This document shows, one piece after another, positions 29,153 to 41,700 of a stretch of DNA of 64,000 nucleotides. Numbering within the stretch: the first letter of the stretch is position 1; each line of letters starts with the position of its first letter. A model generated the notes under the pieces. That model made no database searches. It had not been told where the DNA came from and saw only the letters and a program-made list of their open reading frames with translations. Position numbers and translations under genes: made by a program. Source of the stretch: Octopus sinensis (Eukaryota). The stretch spans positions 23,870,001 to 23,934,000 of the forward strand of contig NC_043021.1 of the NCBI RefSeq assembly GCF_006345805.1, read 5' to 3'.

Positions 29153-31197
29153 CGTCTTATGTCTTCCCCGCTGGATTCGACGTATAGGCGTTCAGATGTT
29201 AGATCACGTGGTCGATCTTCTCATCAATTTAGAGCTCGAAATGGTTGAGTATTTCGTAGACATGTCTAGCCTTAATATATTTCTGGGTTAGATTTAATGG
29301 GACATAAGTGTGGCAAAGCTGAACCTTTGAATTACTAGTACTGTTCACCCGATTCTCTTCTACACTATTTTCCGTGAATCCCATCTCGCTTACAAATCCT
29401 GAATAGAGACAGGGCTATGGCAAAGCCATTTACTCAAAGGATCACGACACATCCTGATTGCAAAGCGAGCCCCTTAATCGCCTCGGCCATGTATGTGGCG
29501 ATGTTATGGTGGATGGCATGTGCCAAGGTCGTTTGACTCATGATCAAAAGATTATTTGTTCAATTCCTGGATAGGTTGTTACGCTCTGTCCTTGAAATAA
29601 GCACTTCGTTCCAAGTTGCTGCTTCCTACTCAGTTAAAATGAATACTGGTCGAGTACTTGTGCAACCCAAAGTGAGGAAGGGCCTTGATAATTGTGTATA
29701 TGATATATCCATTATTATACATAATATATATATATTTGTGTGTCTGTGTTCGTCCCCCCACCATCGCCTGACAACTGATGATGGTGACTTTACGTCTCCG
29801 CAATGGCTGCAGTCAAATGAGTGAAAGAAGTAAAATATTATATATATACTATATATACATACATACATTTATATATATAATATATATATATATATATAGG
29901 GATGGTATTATTAAAATACCATCACGAGTGGTAAGCGAATTATCAGCCGTACAGTCAAATTAATAAAATATATACATACAATATTAGATATGTACATATA
30001 TACACAAGGATACTACATGGGTATATCATTCGCGATATAGGTACTCATGAAGTACACTTGTGTATATAAATACATATCTAATATTGTATATATATATTTT
30101 AGTATATATATGCACACATTATTCGGGAAATTCCCGTCGTTTGACAACGGACGAAGGATCTGCAATTTCATGCTAAACAACCACAGAGATGATTTCTTTA
30201 TATTGATCAAATGTTCGAGTTTACATGAGCTCACTGTCTTCATCAAATATACAAAGCCTCTACAGATGCACAAGTGTACCAAATGTCAGATGCCAAAATG
30301 ATCGCAAGAACCTGATTGATTTATGCATGACTGCATAAAAATTCGCGGAATCGAACCCGTGTTCTAGCAATCGTGAGTGCAGCAACCTAACTACTAGGCG
30401 ATGCGCCTTTACAGCCCTCCACAAACACCCACACACATACACACACACGTAGAGACACACATGCACGCGCATATATGTGTGTATATCTACTACATATGTG
30501 GAAAATCAATGTGTGTGCTTGTGGCATTGTTAACTAAATCCTCCGACAGCGTTTTATTGCTTTTGATGAACCTTGATGCAGGAGTAGAAATGAAATCATG
30601 TCTGGAAACTGCATGACATACATAGTTTGTTGAAAAAATTAATAGTATGGCCCCTGGAAGGGATCTTTATATCTACATCACATAAGTATTTTTAAGCACC
30701 CCGAGGGAAATAACCCTTAGCACCTGCACTTACAGTTGTTAGATTTTAGCGAAGCAATCAATATTTGATTCTCACGATCAGCGGAAATAATTCTGCATTT
30801 CACTACTCACAGTTTTCAACTGCTGAACCTTGTTGCACTTTCTTGATACACGTGCACTTTTAATGCCCATAACTCCGATAATTCTGAATCTTGCCAGTTA
30901 AAAGGTTTCGATGACAGTACATATATTTTTTATTCCAGAACGTATTTAATAAGTGTGTCCCAATACAATGAACTCATACTTTGAATGCTTAAAATTCTTA
31001 AAAAATGAAACCAAACTTCCACACCACATTCACTTGGGACACCCTGTATCACTTATACTTATTTTACAAATCATAATATGTATTGCTTATTTACAGTTCA
31101 TACAACATTTTCATGAAACCAATTGAGCCCTCGAATTTAGAAATATTTGACAGGTTTCATTGTTTATGTTCGATTACTTTGAATATTGATTTTTTTT

Positions 31198-31505
31198 CTT
31201 TTTACTTGTTTCAGTCATTTGACTGTGGCCATGCTGGAGCACCGCCTTTAGTCGAGCAAATCGATCCCGAGACTTATTCTTTGTAAGCCCAGTACTTATT
31301 ATATTGGTCTCTTTTGCCGAACCGCTAAGTGACGGGGACGTAAACACACCAGCATCGGTTGTCAAGCAATGCTAGAGGGACAAACACAAACACACACATA
31401 CACACATACATATATATATACATATATACGACAGGCTTCTTTCAGTTTCCGTCTACCAAATCCACTCACAAGGCATTGGTCGGCCCGGGGCTATAGCAGA
31501 AGACA
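31198..31505 (-). mobile_element. SINE family A, head missing
   Basis: Tail and body match other copies. Confidence 0.88.
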
Positions 31506-31912
31506 CAACTTGTATGAACTCAGGACTTATTCTATTGATTGTTTCCTTGACAGAAAACATATGTAAAATTATCTGATTTCCTCCATTACATTAGATTCGT
31601 ATTGGAGAGTAGCTTATATACAAATCTGAAGATGAAACTGATCCTAAAGAGTATAATATGTTATATGGCATTCTAGCTGAGACTTCTTTAGTGTACACCT
31701 TCCTACACTGTCCATTGTCCATGTTGATTCTGCTGTACTGCTTCCTGGTTTCTCCTGACAAAACCTCTTCCTTTTGTTGTATGGCCTTCTCTCCCTCTCT
31801 CTCTCTCTCTCTCCCTCTCTCTCTCTCTCTCATATAAAATTACATATAAAATTAACAGAATGAGATAACAATCCAAGACTGTGAATGATTTCAGAACATT
31901 TATAAAGAATAG

Positions 31913-31942
31913 GTCTTACAGCTGTTTCCCTTCATCGGAGAC
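31913..31942 (-). ncRNA. Hammerhead-like motif with collapsed stem II
   Basis: GTCT | CCGATGA | AGG | GAAA | C-AGCT-G | TA | AGAC; inverted partner of 32567-32613. Confidence 0.55.
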
Positions 31943-32566
31943 ATCTTCACATATATATATTCTTCTACTACTAAGCACTGACCTGTCCTCTATGCAACCT
32001 AACCTACATTCTCAAATTCTTCATTCCACCATTTTACTACCCTACCCACTCTCTCTGCCTTTCACTTAGTCTCTATCACTACATGCCTGACACTCCTTTA
32101 CTCTTTACACTCTCATCTCTTTACACTCTCATATCTTTCTCTCTCTATCACCTTCACCTCCCCATTCCTTCTGTAAATTTATCCTGACTGATCACTAACC
32201 AGTACACTTTCCCCCTCTTCATTTCTTTATTATCTTTCATCCCGATTTTAGTTTCTTTCTTTTTTCTGCCTCTCTTTCTGTTTTTTATTTGACCTCACAA
32301 ACACATTACCAACTTTTAAGTCACTTCAAAAAATCACTTGATTCAATAATACCGTTTACAATCTCTATGCTTGGAATGACCAATTTCAAATACCAGTGGA
32401 ACTTACACACAAGGTACAGGAAACTTATATTTGAACCATTCTGCTTAAATAATGAAACTGTAGATACAATATCCTTGCATATCTCACGTCTACTTTCATT
32501 CCTCCACTTCACTCTCTATTTCATATCTTCTCTAGAATAACTATTGCTTAAGCATTGTCTCACACC

Positions 32567-32613
32567 GTCTCCGATGAAGGGATATATAAAATATCCCGGA
32601 AATAGCTGTAAGA
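32567..32613 (+). ncRNA. Type-I hammerhead, U4C variant
   Basis: GTCT | CCGATGA | A GGGATAT-AAAA-ATATCCC G | GAAA | T-AGCT-G | TA | AGAC. Confidence 0.65.
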
Positions 32614-32811
32614 CCTCTTTATAAATGTTCTGAAATTGGATTGTTATCTCATTTTAATTGTTTACATATACGCATGCTGATATATGACCTACGTTGGACT
32701 ACTCATTCGCATCATCACCCAACCTGTTGCGTAACTATAGTCTGTCCATAGCACTTACTCGCATTACCTGACACCTTTGGATCTTCTTATCACCATTATC
32801 TCTCATAAACT

Positions 32812-32862
<51 letters not shown>

Positions 32863-32989
32863 TAATGTTGTAATGTAACAATAGATATCTCAAAATAGCC
32901 ACATTTTCGAAAAGTAAAGATACGTAATCTCCTACATATTTAAATATGACAAATTTATCTAATACTCCTATATATGCTGTAAGTCAGCT

Positions 32990-33600
32990 ACAGTGGTCCG
33001 TTCGCACTCCCGGCCATATTCGTCGGTGCCTCCGCAGTCGGGCCGCGGAGCCCTGCGCGCATCGCCGCCGCGTCGGCCTCCCTTCCCTATCTTCGCCCGT
33101 CCCGTTTCACGCCTGTGCGGCGTCGCGCGATGTCGGTGCGGGAGCCATGAAGCAGGCGTTGTCGGATATCGCCGTTCGCGTTGCGGTGGCGCGTCCACCT
33201 CCCGGTCATTTCGGCCCACGCGGTTCCTCCGAGGGTGCTCTTCGCCGAGTGTCCGAGGCGGCTGGTACGTTCACTGTGAAAAAACTAGAGCTCAGAGCGA
33301 GCCCCACCGGCTTGCATACGAAAAGCATGAAATGATGGAAATGAACTCGTCCGCGCGTTATCCGTCGGTCTCCGTCCACGGCGAGGCAATGATCGAATGG
33401 AGTGATCGGGGCCACTCGTATTGCGACGTTAGAGGTGAAATTCTTGGATCGTCGCAATATGCAGTGCAGCGACGGCGTGTGGAAAGCACGTTTTCCTCAA
33501 TCAAGAGCGAAAGTCGGGGGTTCGACGACGATCAGATACCGTCGTTGTTCCGACCGTAAACGATGCCGACTGGCGCTCCACCGCAGTTCGCTTCGACCCA
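32990..33600 (+). pseudogene. 18S rRNA gene fragment (V4-V5 region), isolated
   Basis: Conserved SSU blocks CGTATTGCGACGTTAGAGGTGAAATTCTTGGATCGTCGCAA (about 33418-33458) and AAAGTCGGGGGTTCGACGACGATCAGATACCGTCG...CCGTAAACGATGCCGAC (about 33509-33570), preceded by a GC-rich V4-like expansion. No other rDNA in the window. Confidence 0.9.
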
Positions 33601-33689
33601 CTCTGAATGCTGTCAAGACGTACTTCGTAGTCGTCTTGAATTGAAGAAAATTTAAAAGCCCTATTCTAAGGTAGGCATCTGTTTTGGGA

Positions 33690-35548
33690 GGGATTTAGTG
33701 GGATTTCGTTGTATGATATTGTTTTTCGTTTTTTTTTTTCAAATAAGAAATCCTCACTGGGTCCCGGAAACTTGTCTGCCTGCAGTCGCTCTGACTCACT
33801 CAGCTTTAAGAATTGTTGTTTTGGGGGTATGTCTTGCTTTCGAAATATTGTGAAATTTTGGAAAATTCTACCAATTTGTGATGGATTTTTGTGTGTTTCT
33901 GCTGCTGTGACCCTAGAGTACCTGTTTGGAGCACGGTTTTTTTGGAATACCTGTTGGCCACGATTACCGGGCGGCCGGAATGTGTTTGCCGTAACTTGAA
34001 CTTTCTTCCTTCTTTCTTTTTTTCTGCTTTGACTTTCTGCTCTTTTTGTTTATTTTTGACTTGTTTGAACTCTTCTTTGGATTTTCTTTTCTGCAAGCAT
34101 GGCAAAGAAGGCAAACACTGCGTTGGAGTGGGAGATTGTGCCTCCCAAGCAGTGGCTAAAAGACTTGAACGAGAGAACCGTGGTGTTGAGGACTTATTCT
34201 AAGTCACTCGACACCATCACGGTGTTCCCTCAAATTGAAATTGAAAAAGATTTGGCAGAATATCTGCCAACTATTAAGTTTATTGCCAGGGTTCTCAAGT
34301 ACGCAACGGTGTGGTTGCTATTAGAAGGGCAGAAGATTCTGTTTCTTCCCACATATTGTGAGAGAAATTAACAGTCTGGGGCTGCCACCTGGGATATAAC
34401 ATGAGTGGATAGTAGACACCATCCGCCGGGGTCTGGATGGCAGCAGAGCCAAGCTCCAAAATGTTAAGAGTTTGCCTGCGGTTGACTGGGTGGGGTCAAA
34501 AGCGGTTTTGATCCTCTGGACCCGATCAGCCAATGATCTAGTTTTCCCAGATTTTTTTAGAATGGCCGGTTCTAGGTATCCGGTGATTATTGGCGGACGC
34601 TCCCCCCAAGTGTCACCTCTGCCTGGAACCAGGCCACATTAAAAAGAACTGTCCCCAGGACCAAGGTAAGGTCCTGGAGTAGTTAATAAATGTAGCGGCC
34701 CCCGCTCCTTCATTGGAAGGAGAGATGGAGGCAGTCGAGAGGTAGAGACCTCCTCGAAAAAAGGAAAGAAAAGAAAGACGGTGGGCAACCATAAAGCTTC
34801 GGGAGTGTGAAGATCCTACGGATAAAGCGGAGGTGCCATACCCTCCCGTAGCAAAGAGGAGAAAAAGAAAAAAAGAAAAATATAAAGAACGGGTCATTGC
34901 CGGCGGTTGTTGTCCTGAAACATCGTCGGTGGGAATTGTACCACCGACAGAGGAATCTGTGACTCCACCCAGAGCGACGAGAGATGATTTTGTTATCTTC
35001 TTCCATAAGGGAGGGGCAATACAGAGCTTCTTAAGGAAGCTAGAGAGCCGGACGGAGGAGCCCATATCCCGTACGGAAGGTCCGGTTTGGCCTCTGCATG
35101 TAACTACGGAGGTCATATCCGAAGTCGGTATGTTCAGGGTGATGAACTCCTTTCCGAAGGACCAGTGTAGGTTCGCCTTCTGGGGCTCCGGCCTGGAGTT
35201 GGAGCATTGCCTGCAGGAGGCATACGTCCTTGTCAGAGAGGAAGGACAAAGAGGATTTAGTTCCAAAATGTTTATTGTCTGTAAGAAGCTCAGCGCCTCA
35301 ATTTGTAATGGACTGTTAAGTCCAGTAATTGTAGAACTGAGGTAAGAGGTTTAATACCTTGTTTTGATTTGTTTTGTTTTGCTTTCAAAAAAAGAACAAT
35401 GTTTAGAGAAGCAGAAGATCGGAGGGCGTCCTTTGCCTTCTCCCATTTATACCATCCTTTACATCACTCATCTCATTAATATGTTTTGTCCAGCCCGAAA
35501 GCTACTCCCCCTGTATACGGCCTTCATGGCCAATGAAATGAAATAAAG
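33690..35548 (+). mobile_element. ORF1-only (HAL1-like) L1/Tx1-group retroelement
   Basis: T-rich 5' leader, disrupted ORF 34099-35345, short 3'UTR ending CGGCCTTCATGGCCAATGAAATGAAATAAA, similar to the Tx1 copy 3 terminus; no APE/RT follows. The 5' boundary is uncertain. Confidence 0.6.
34099..35345 (+). pseudogene. L1/Tx1-type ORF1 protein with CCHC zinc knuckle, disrupted
   Basis: KLTVWGLPP (RRM-like), YPVIIGGR-SP then CHLCLEPGHIKKNC (CX2CX4HX4C at 34611-34652), followed by a basic linker; frameshifts near 34365 and 34605 and internal stops. Confidence 0.8.
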
Positions 35549-35724
35549 TAACAGTTGGGCACTGGAAGTGATGTTATGGGCTTACTCTTCCCCGAAATTC
35601 CTGACCTTGTGCCAAAATTTGATATCGTTATGTTCTGGGTTCCATTACTTCTGTTATATCATCTACAATGTTATTTATTATTTATTTATTGGTATCTATG
35701 CCTTGGAATTTATCAAATGACTGT

Positions 35725-35915
35725 AATATACAAATTATATAAATATACAAACTATATAAATATACAAACTAGATAAATAAATAAACTATATAACTATACA
35801 AACTATATAATTATACAAACTGTATAAATATACAAAATATATAAATATACAAACTATATAAATATATAAACTATATAAATATACAAACTATATAAATATA
35901 CAAACTATATAAATG
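35725..35915. repeat. 17-bp minisatellite
   Basis: About 11 imperfect copies of AAACTATATAAATATAC. Confidence 0.9.
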
Positions 35916-36299
35916 CATACTGCAGCACCGTGATGTTAGTTTACTAACTGAAAGGCGACGCTTCACTCTGCCGATACTCTGCGAGTCACGGTTGGTAGAA
36001 TTATACGTTGCAAATATTTTGACTGTGTCTGTATTGCCGTTTTAATATCAAGCAGAAGCAAGTAAATTCTATCAAAATTTCCCTATCGCAGTATGGCAAA
36101 CAAGTTTTCTACTCTATCTATTATTCAAAAATAATGTGCGTTTAGTAATATCCTTTATTTTCTTATATCACTGAAATCTAGTTTACGAGATCTGATTAAT
36201 AAGTATTAGGACTGCTGCCATAGTAACAAAGCTAAAACATGTAGAGTGAAGCAACTTGATAAAGATTGACCTTGAACTCTGCTGTGCATGCGCACTAAG

Positions 36300-36960
36300 T
36301 TATAATATTCTAGCTCACTTTAACTGTTTACATCAGTGCTTGGAAGGAAGGTGTGAAGCATGTGATTGTCGCACTAACCATGACGGAGATAGTTATCTTC
36401 ATGATACGAGCCCAGAGGCCTACGCAAAGTTGCAGAAAGGGTATGGAGAGGAGTGTATGAGCCGCACACAAATTTCCAAGGTTCAGGCGCTTCCAAGATG
36501 GTCGAAAAATATCGATATTGACGAACATTCTGGGAGACCCGCAACCTGCAAAACTGAAAAAAACATTTCAGACGTGCGTGCAGCCCTGAGGGGTAATCAT
36601 CGAATCACGACCCGTGAGTTATTAGAGGATGTGTTGATTAGTTTCGGTTCAGTTCAGTCCATTATCACTAAAGATTTGGGTATGAGATGCGTGTCTGCCA
36701 AGTTTGGGCCAAAACTACTTTCAGCTGACCACAAAGACGTTCGGGCTTTAGTAGTATAACATTTTCTTCATTGTGTTGAGAACGATGAAAACCGTTTGAA
36801 AACTTTGCGCAGGCCTCTAAGCAGGTATTGCCAAAATTTTGGCAAAATTTAATGCAGATTCTCTTCTCAACCTTCACTGTCATAGTCAATGCGATGATCA
36901 CACGCTACACACCTTCCTTCCAAGTACTGCTGTAAACGGCAGGAGTGAGCTGGAACGTTG
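36300..36960. mobile_element. Rearranged mariner relic: two 5' ends in opposite orientation
   Basis: Plus strand YGEECMSRTQ...DEHSGRP...ITTREL...LGMRCVSAKFGPKLL (HTH and WVPxxL-like motif). 36790-36935 is a reverse-oriented copy of the same 5' region (EKRICIKFCQ). Confidence 0.8.
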
Positions 36961-37019
36961 AACCTTAGTACACACGCAGAGCAGGGTTCAAAGTCAATCT
37001 GTGCTCAGCGATTTTACTC

Positions 37020-37324
37020 CGTACGCAAAAGCACATGCACACATGCACACATGCACACATGTATACACACACATACGCACATGCTCACACACTCACACAC
37101 ACACATCCACACACATACACACACACATACGCACACGGTCACACACGCACACTCACACATACACATACAAATATTGGTCTACAAACACACACACACATGC
37201 ACAGAAGTGCACGCACTCACGTATTTACACGTTCACATATTCACACACTCACGCAGCGGTTTTACTCTGCGTTCTTTAGCTTCGTTACTATGGCAACCAT
37301 CCAGATACTTATTGATCAGAATAC

Positions 37325-37383
<59 letters not shown>

Positions 37384-37625
37384 TGTGTGAATATTTGAGC
37401 GTGTACGTATGTGAGTGCGTGCACGTGTGTGCATGTGTATGTGTGTGTTTGTAGACCAATGTTTGTATGTGTATGTGTATGTGTGAGTGTGCGTGTGTGA
37501 GCGTGTGCGTATGTGTGTGTGTGTTTGTACGTGTGTGCATGTGTGTGTGTGTGTGAGTGTGTGAGCGTGTGCGTATGTGTGTGTGTACATGTGTGCTTGT
37601 GTGTGTGAGTATGTGCGTTTGCATA
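37020..37625. repeat. CA/TG-rich fold-back palindrome
   Basis: Non-periodic landmarks such as ATTGGTCTACAAAC and ATATTCACACACTC in the left arm recur as reverse complements at 37380-37625. Confidence 0.85.
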
Positions 37626-38126
37626 CGTGTTAGTATATAGTAATAGGGTTAGAGTCTACGCAATAGCACCAGAGATTAAGCGACAGCTGCTTAGACGTGG
37701 CATTGTGGATGAATGCATGGTTACTAAAATATTATAACAATAAATATGAGTACATACATAAATAATCTCAAGTAATAACAATATTTCTGATTACTAATTT
37801 AAAAGTAACAGCATAAAATATATCATTCTTTGACATAAAGTCTTTGTTTATTGACGTTATGAAGACTTATACATCTCTTTAGAAATAGTGCGTGTGTCTG
37901 TGTGTGTACATAAATACATACATACATATGAAGGCGCAAGACATAGTGGTTAGGTTGTTCGACTCGTCATCGTAAGATTCTGGTTTCGATTACTAGACCG
38001 TCAACGCGATGTGTTCTTGAGAAAAACACTTCTCTCAGCTGGCAAAAAATAGTAATCCTGCGACGATCTGCCGTCCCGTCCAGGTGGACGGATATATACG
38101 TCTTCGAAACCGGGAAACCGGTCTTA

Positions 38127-38174
<48 letters not shown>

Positions 38175-38178
38175 TATA

Positions 38179-38597
38179 CTCTTTTACTTGTTTCAGTCAT
38201 TTGACTGCGGTCATGCTGAAGCACCACCTTTAATCGAGCAACTCGACCCCGGGACTTATTCTATTGTAAGGCCAGTACTTATTCTATCGGTCTCTTTTGC
38301 CGAACCGCTAAGTGACGGGGACGTAAACACACCAGCATCGGTTGTCAAGCAATGCTAGGGGGACAAACACAGACACACAAACATATACACACGCACATAT
38401 ATATATATATAAATATATATACATACATATATACGACAGGCTTCTTTCAGTTTCCGTCTACCAAATCCACTCACAAGGCATTGGTCAGCCCGGGGCTATA
38501 GCAGAAGACACTTGCCCAAGGTGCCACGCAGTGGGACTGAACCCGGAACCATGTGGTTGGTAAGCAAGCTACTTACCACACAGCCACTCCTGCGCCT
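38179..38597 (-). mobile_element. SINE family A, full length
   Basis: Same head, body and tail. Confidence 0.92.
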
Positions 38598-38719
38598 ATA
38601 TATATTGTTTGGTAATATATATGGATATATATTATTAAACAAAAGTAATTTTGATTGAGGATTGTTTATGTTGAGAGTATTCCAAGGCTTATGAATGACA
38701 TGGTTGAGCAAGCGAACTT

Positions 38720-41700
38720 TGCAATTTCCTCAGGCAACAACATGGTAAGAGAGTTTTGAATACATTAAAGAAAAATAAAGAGTGATTCTAACATTTTGGA
38801 GAAGGTAAGAAGTTCCATTTAACACACCAGGTGTATATGCCAGCATCGAGGTCTTCTTCACAAGTGAGGAACTCGCACGTCAACAAGCAGTAACTGATCG
38901 ATGGAGTGAGGAGTTTGTTCTGTAAGCAACCTACCTCTCAAAAAGTAAGTGCCATAATAAAAACACCAGGCGTGAATGTTTGGTGGATCGTAGTTAAACG
39001 GAGCAGAAGGGAAAACCGGTCCCGAATAAACATTGAAATCCTGCGCCTTGTGAAGCCGGAAAACATTAAAAAATCCCGGACCTTATACAGCTGCCAAACG
39101 GGGTTGACTTGCATGTTATAGTAGAAAGTAGAAACCCTAATTACAACATTTTTCGGTCCACATGTGACCTCAGAGGTTTCTGCACCAAGAGAAAAGGAGG
39201 CATGAGGCAAAACCCTCAACAATAGCGACAGCTAAGACAATACACCACGCATGCAGAATCGTTTTCAGGTGAAGCACAAAGACAAACCACGCAGGGTGTC
39301 TTCCAAACAAGGACTCAGTTTCCCCCCCCCCCCTCTCAAGTATGCACTGTCACAGCGACGCTCACACAGACACAAACAGACTTACACACTCCGAAGCTAA
39401 GTCCGCAGAAACTGATCCCTCCCAATCATATAGCAAAGACGAGGAGGAACCACAAAAGGCCAAAATCTTAAAAGACAACGGAAAAGAAAAGTACTTGGCC
39501 TGATACCAACAATAGAATGTTCCAGGGCAAAGGCAACTGACATATCTAAATCAACACAGCCCCACCGGCCACCCCAACACTATCGCAACGCCACTTCACC
39601 CCCAAAAGAAACCTTACACACATGCGACAGTCAGCGACACTCATACTGGGGACCTCACAGCTGGAGATAAGGAAATTGAGAGAGGGCGCAATACATGACA
39701 CCTGCACCCTTAAGGTTCCGGAAAATTTGACCTACACAGACATTAGGGAGACTTTCCCTAACGACGCGGAAAATTCTAATGCCAAGGCCACGACGGGACT
39801 TTTGCAGTGTTTCCCAGAGGAACCAAAACCAGATACGGAGCCCGGGTCACAGAGCCGCCAACAGCATCAGGAGGGAAATCCTACTACATCCAGAGGCAAG
39901 GCTATCTGACCGCCAAATGCACCAGCTGGGTAAGTAACATCGCTCTTTTTCTTTCTCCCAGCTCTCTCCGATCAACATGGGATTGATTAGAGTGTGATGC
40001 GTAAATGTTCGTGGACTGGGGTCGCCCGGAAAGCAGAAGCGCCTGCTCAACGACCCCAGGTCACTATCTCTGTCATCGGAGCCCGGATTTCCGGCACACG
40101 TGATCTGGCCCCAATTTTCGATGATTTGGAGATCTATGCATCTCTTACTCGGCCTGAAATGAGGGGAGGGGCTGTGTACTTTAGGAAATGTCTGAATCTC
40201 GAGGTATGGACAATCTTTCTAAACCCAGAAGGTGAGTTGGTGGTCCTTAATATGAGTAGCAGTGAAGGTAGTGCCTTTAGACTAGTTGCTGTATATGCTC
40301 CAACCGGTGAGGGACAGCCAGATTTCTTCAGACGTTTGGAGGTTTTCCTTGGGACATCTCGCTCTTTAATTTTAGTGGGCGATTGGGACGCCATTTTTGA
40401 TGCACGCCTGGATAGTATGGGGCTAGCCGATAGGAGAGTGGAGTACTCAGTCGTTTCCATTAGGCTGATAGGTAGCGACGGGATTTCCTGATTGCGCCAA
40501 TGTAGACTTGGAGGAAAAACACCGGGTATTCCAGATCGTATTTAGATACATTTTGTAGGCCAGTAGATAGAAGTAGTATAGGTTGTCCACAGTTCAAATT
40601 CGTCGGCTACACAGGCCAGAAATTTGGTAGCGTGGTGGTGGTGCTGCTGAGAAAGGACCCGAAAAAAGGCGATCAATTAGACAATTTTAGGCCTATAACT
40701 CTGCTAAATGCAGATTATAAGATTTTGGCCAAGGTGTTTGCAAGAGGTTAGCGCTTGTCGTCGGTAAGCTAGTCGGTACCGCGCAGACATGCGCTATTCC
40801 GAACACAGATCTATCCACAACTTCCATCTCACGCGCTACATCATACAGAGGGCAGGGAAGTAACCTGGCATGGGTGGGGATCTGATCAAATTGGATCAAT
40901 TAACTATTTTTGACTGGGTCAACCATCAATATTCGGAGGCTGTCCTCGCAGCGGCCGGCTGCGGTCGCATTTTCAGAGGTTGGATCTCTGCAATGTATAG
41001 CAATATTTGCTCAATAGTCAAAGTAAACTGTCATCTTTCGGAATCGTTTAGCATCGCTCGCTCGGCCCGTCAAGGATGTCCACTCTCTCTCCGTCTGTTT
41101 GTACTGGCCTCCAGCCATTACTGAGGAATTTCAATATTTCTAGCGGCATCCCGCGTGATCTAAGATGCGAAAGGTTCGTGTCGGCTTATGCGGACGACGT
41201 CACCGTAATACTGTCGGACAGCTCGGAAATCGAAGTGATCGGCGCTACCTTAAGAGAGTACGAAGCGATGACAGAAGCAAAACTTGATCAGGACAAGTCG
41301 GTGGGCTTGCAGCTCGGCACCTGAAGAGGCAAGTCAATGCCAACCATCAGCGTTGTAAGGCGCTGGACGAAAGTACCGGTTAAATTGCTCGGGGTCTGGT
41401 TTGGTCTGGATCTCCAGATGGACATGAACATGGGGGAGGAGACGAGCAGGGTAACCAATCTCACCTAGAAATGGGCAGAAAGGAAGCTGTCCCGCTAGTG
41501 TCTGTCGGAGGTGGCGAATGCGTACATCGCTTCCGTCATCTACTACCGCATGACCGTCGTCCCTTGCCCTGCTTCGCGACTGACCAAGCTGGAAGAGACG
41601 TGTTTCACTCATCAGGCGGTCCATCTGCTATCAACAGCGGCTCAGTGGAGGACTAGGCATGCCGTGGCTAATGATGTGCTGACAGGCGCTGAGGCTGCAG

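Noticed and set aside
30600-31050. Tc1-like TIR CAGGGTGTCCC (minus strand, near 31036-31047)
   Set aside because: Only one end seen, with no clear transposase motif.
38105-38125. GAAACCGGTC resembling a hammerhead 3' half
   Set aside because: Lies in a SINE B tail with no upstream CUGANGA box.
39930-39961. GTAAGT donor and polypyrimidine-CAG acceptor between Tx1 ORF1 and ORF2; GTAA at all three ORF1 stops
   Set aside because: About 32 nt is too short for a normal intron, and GTAA arises trivially from G + TAA stop.
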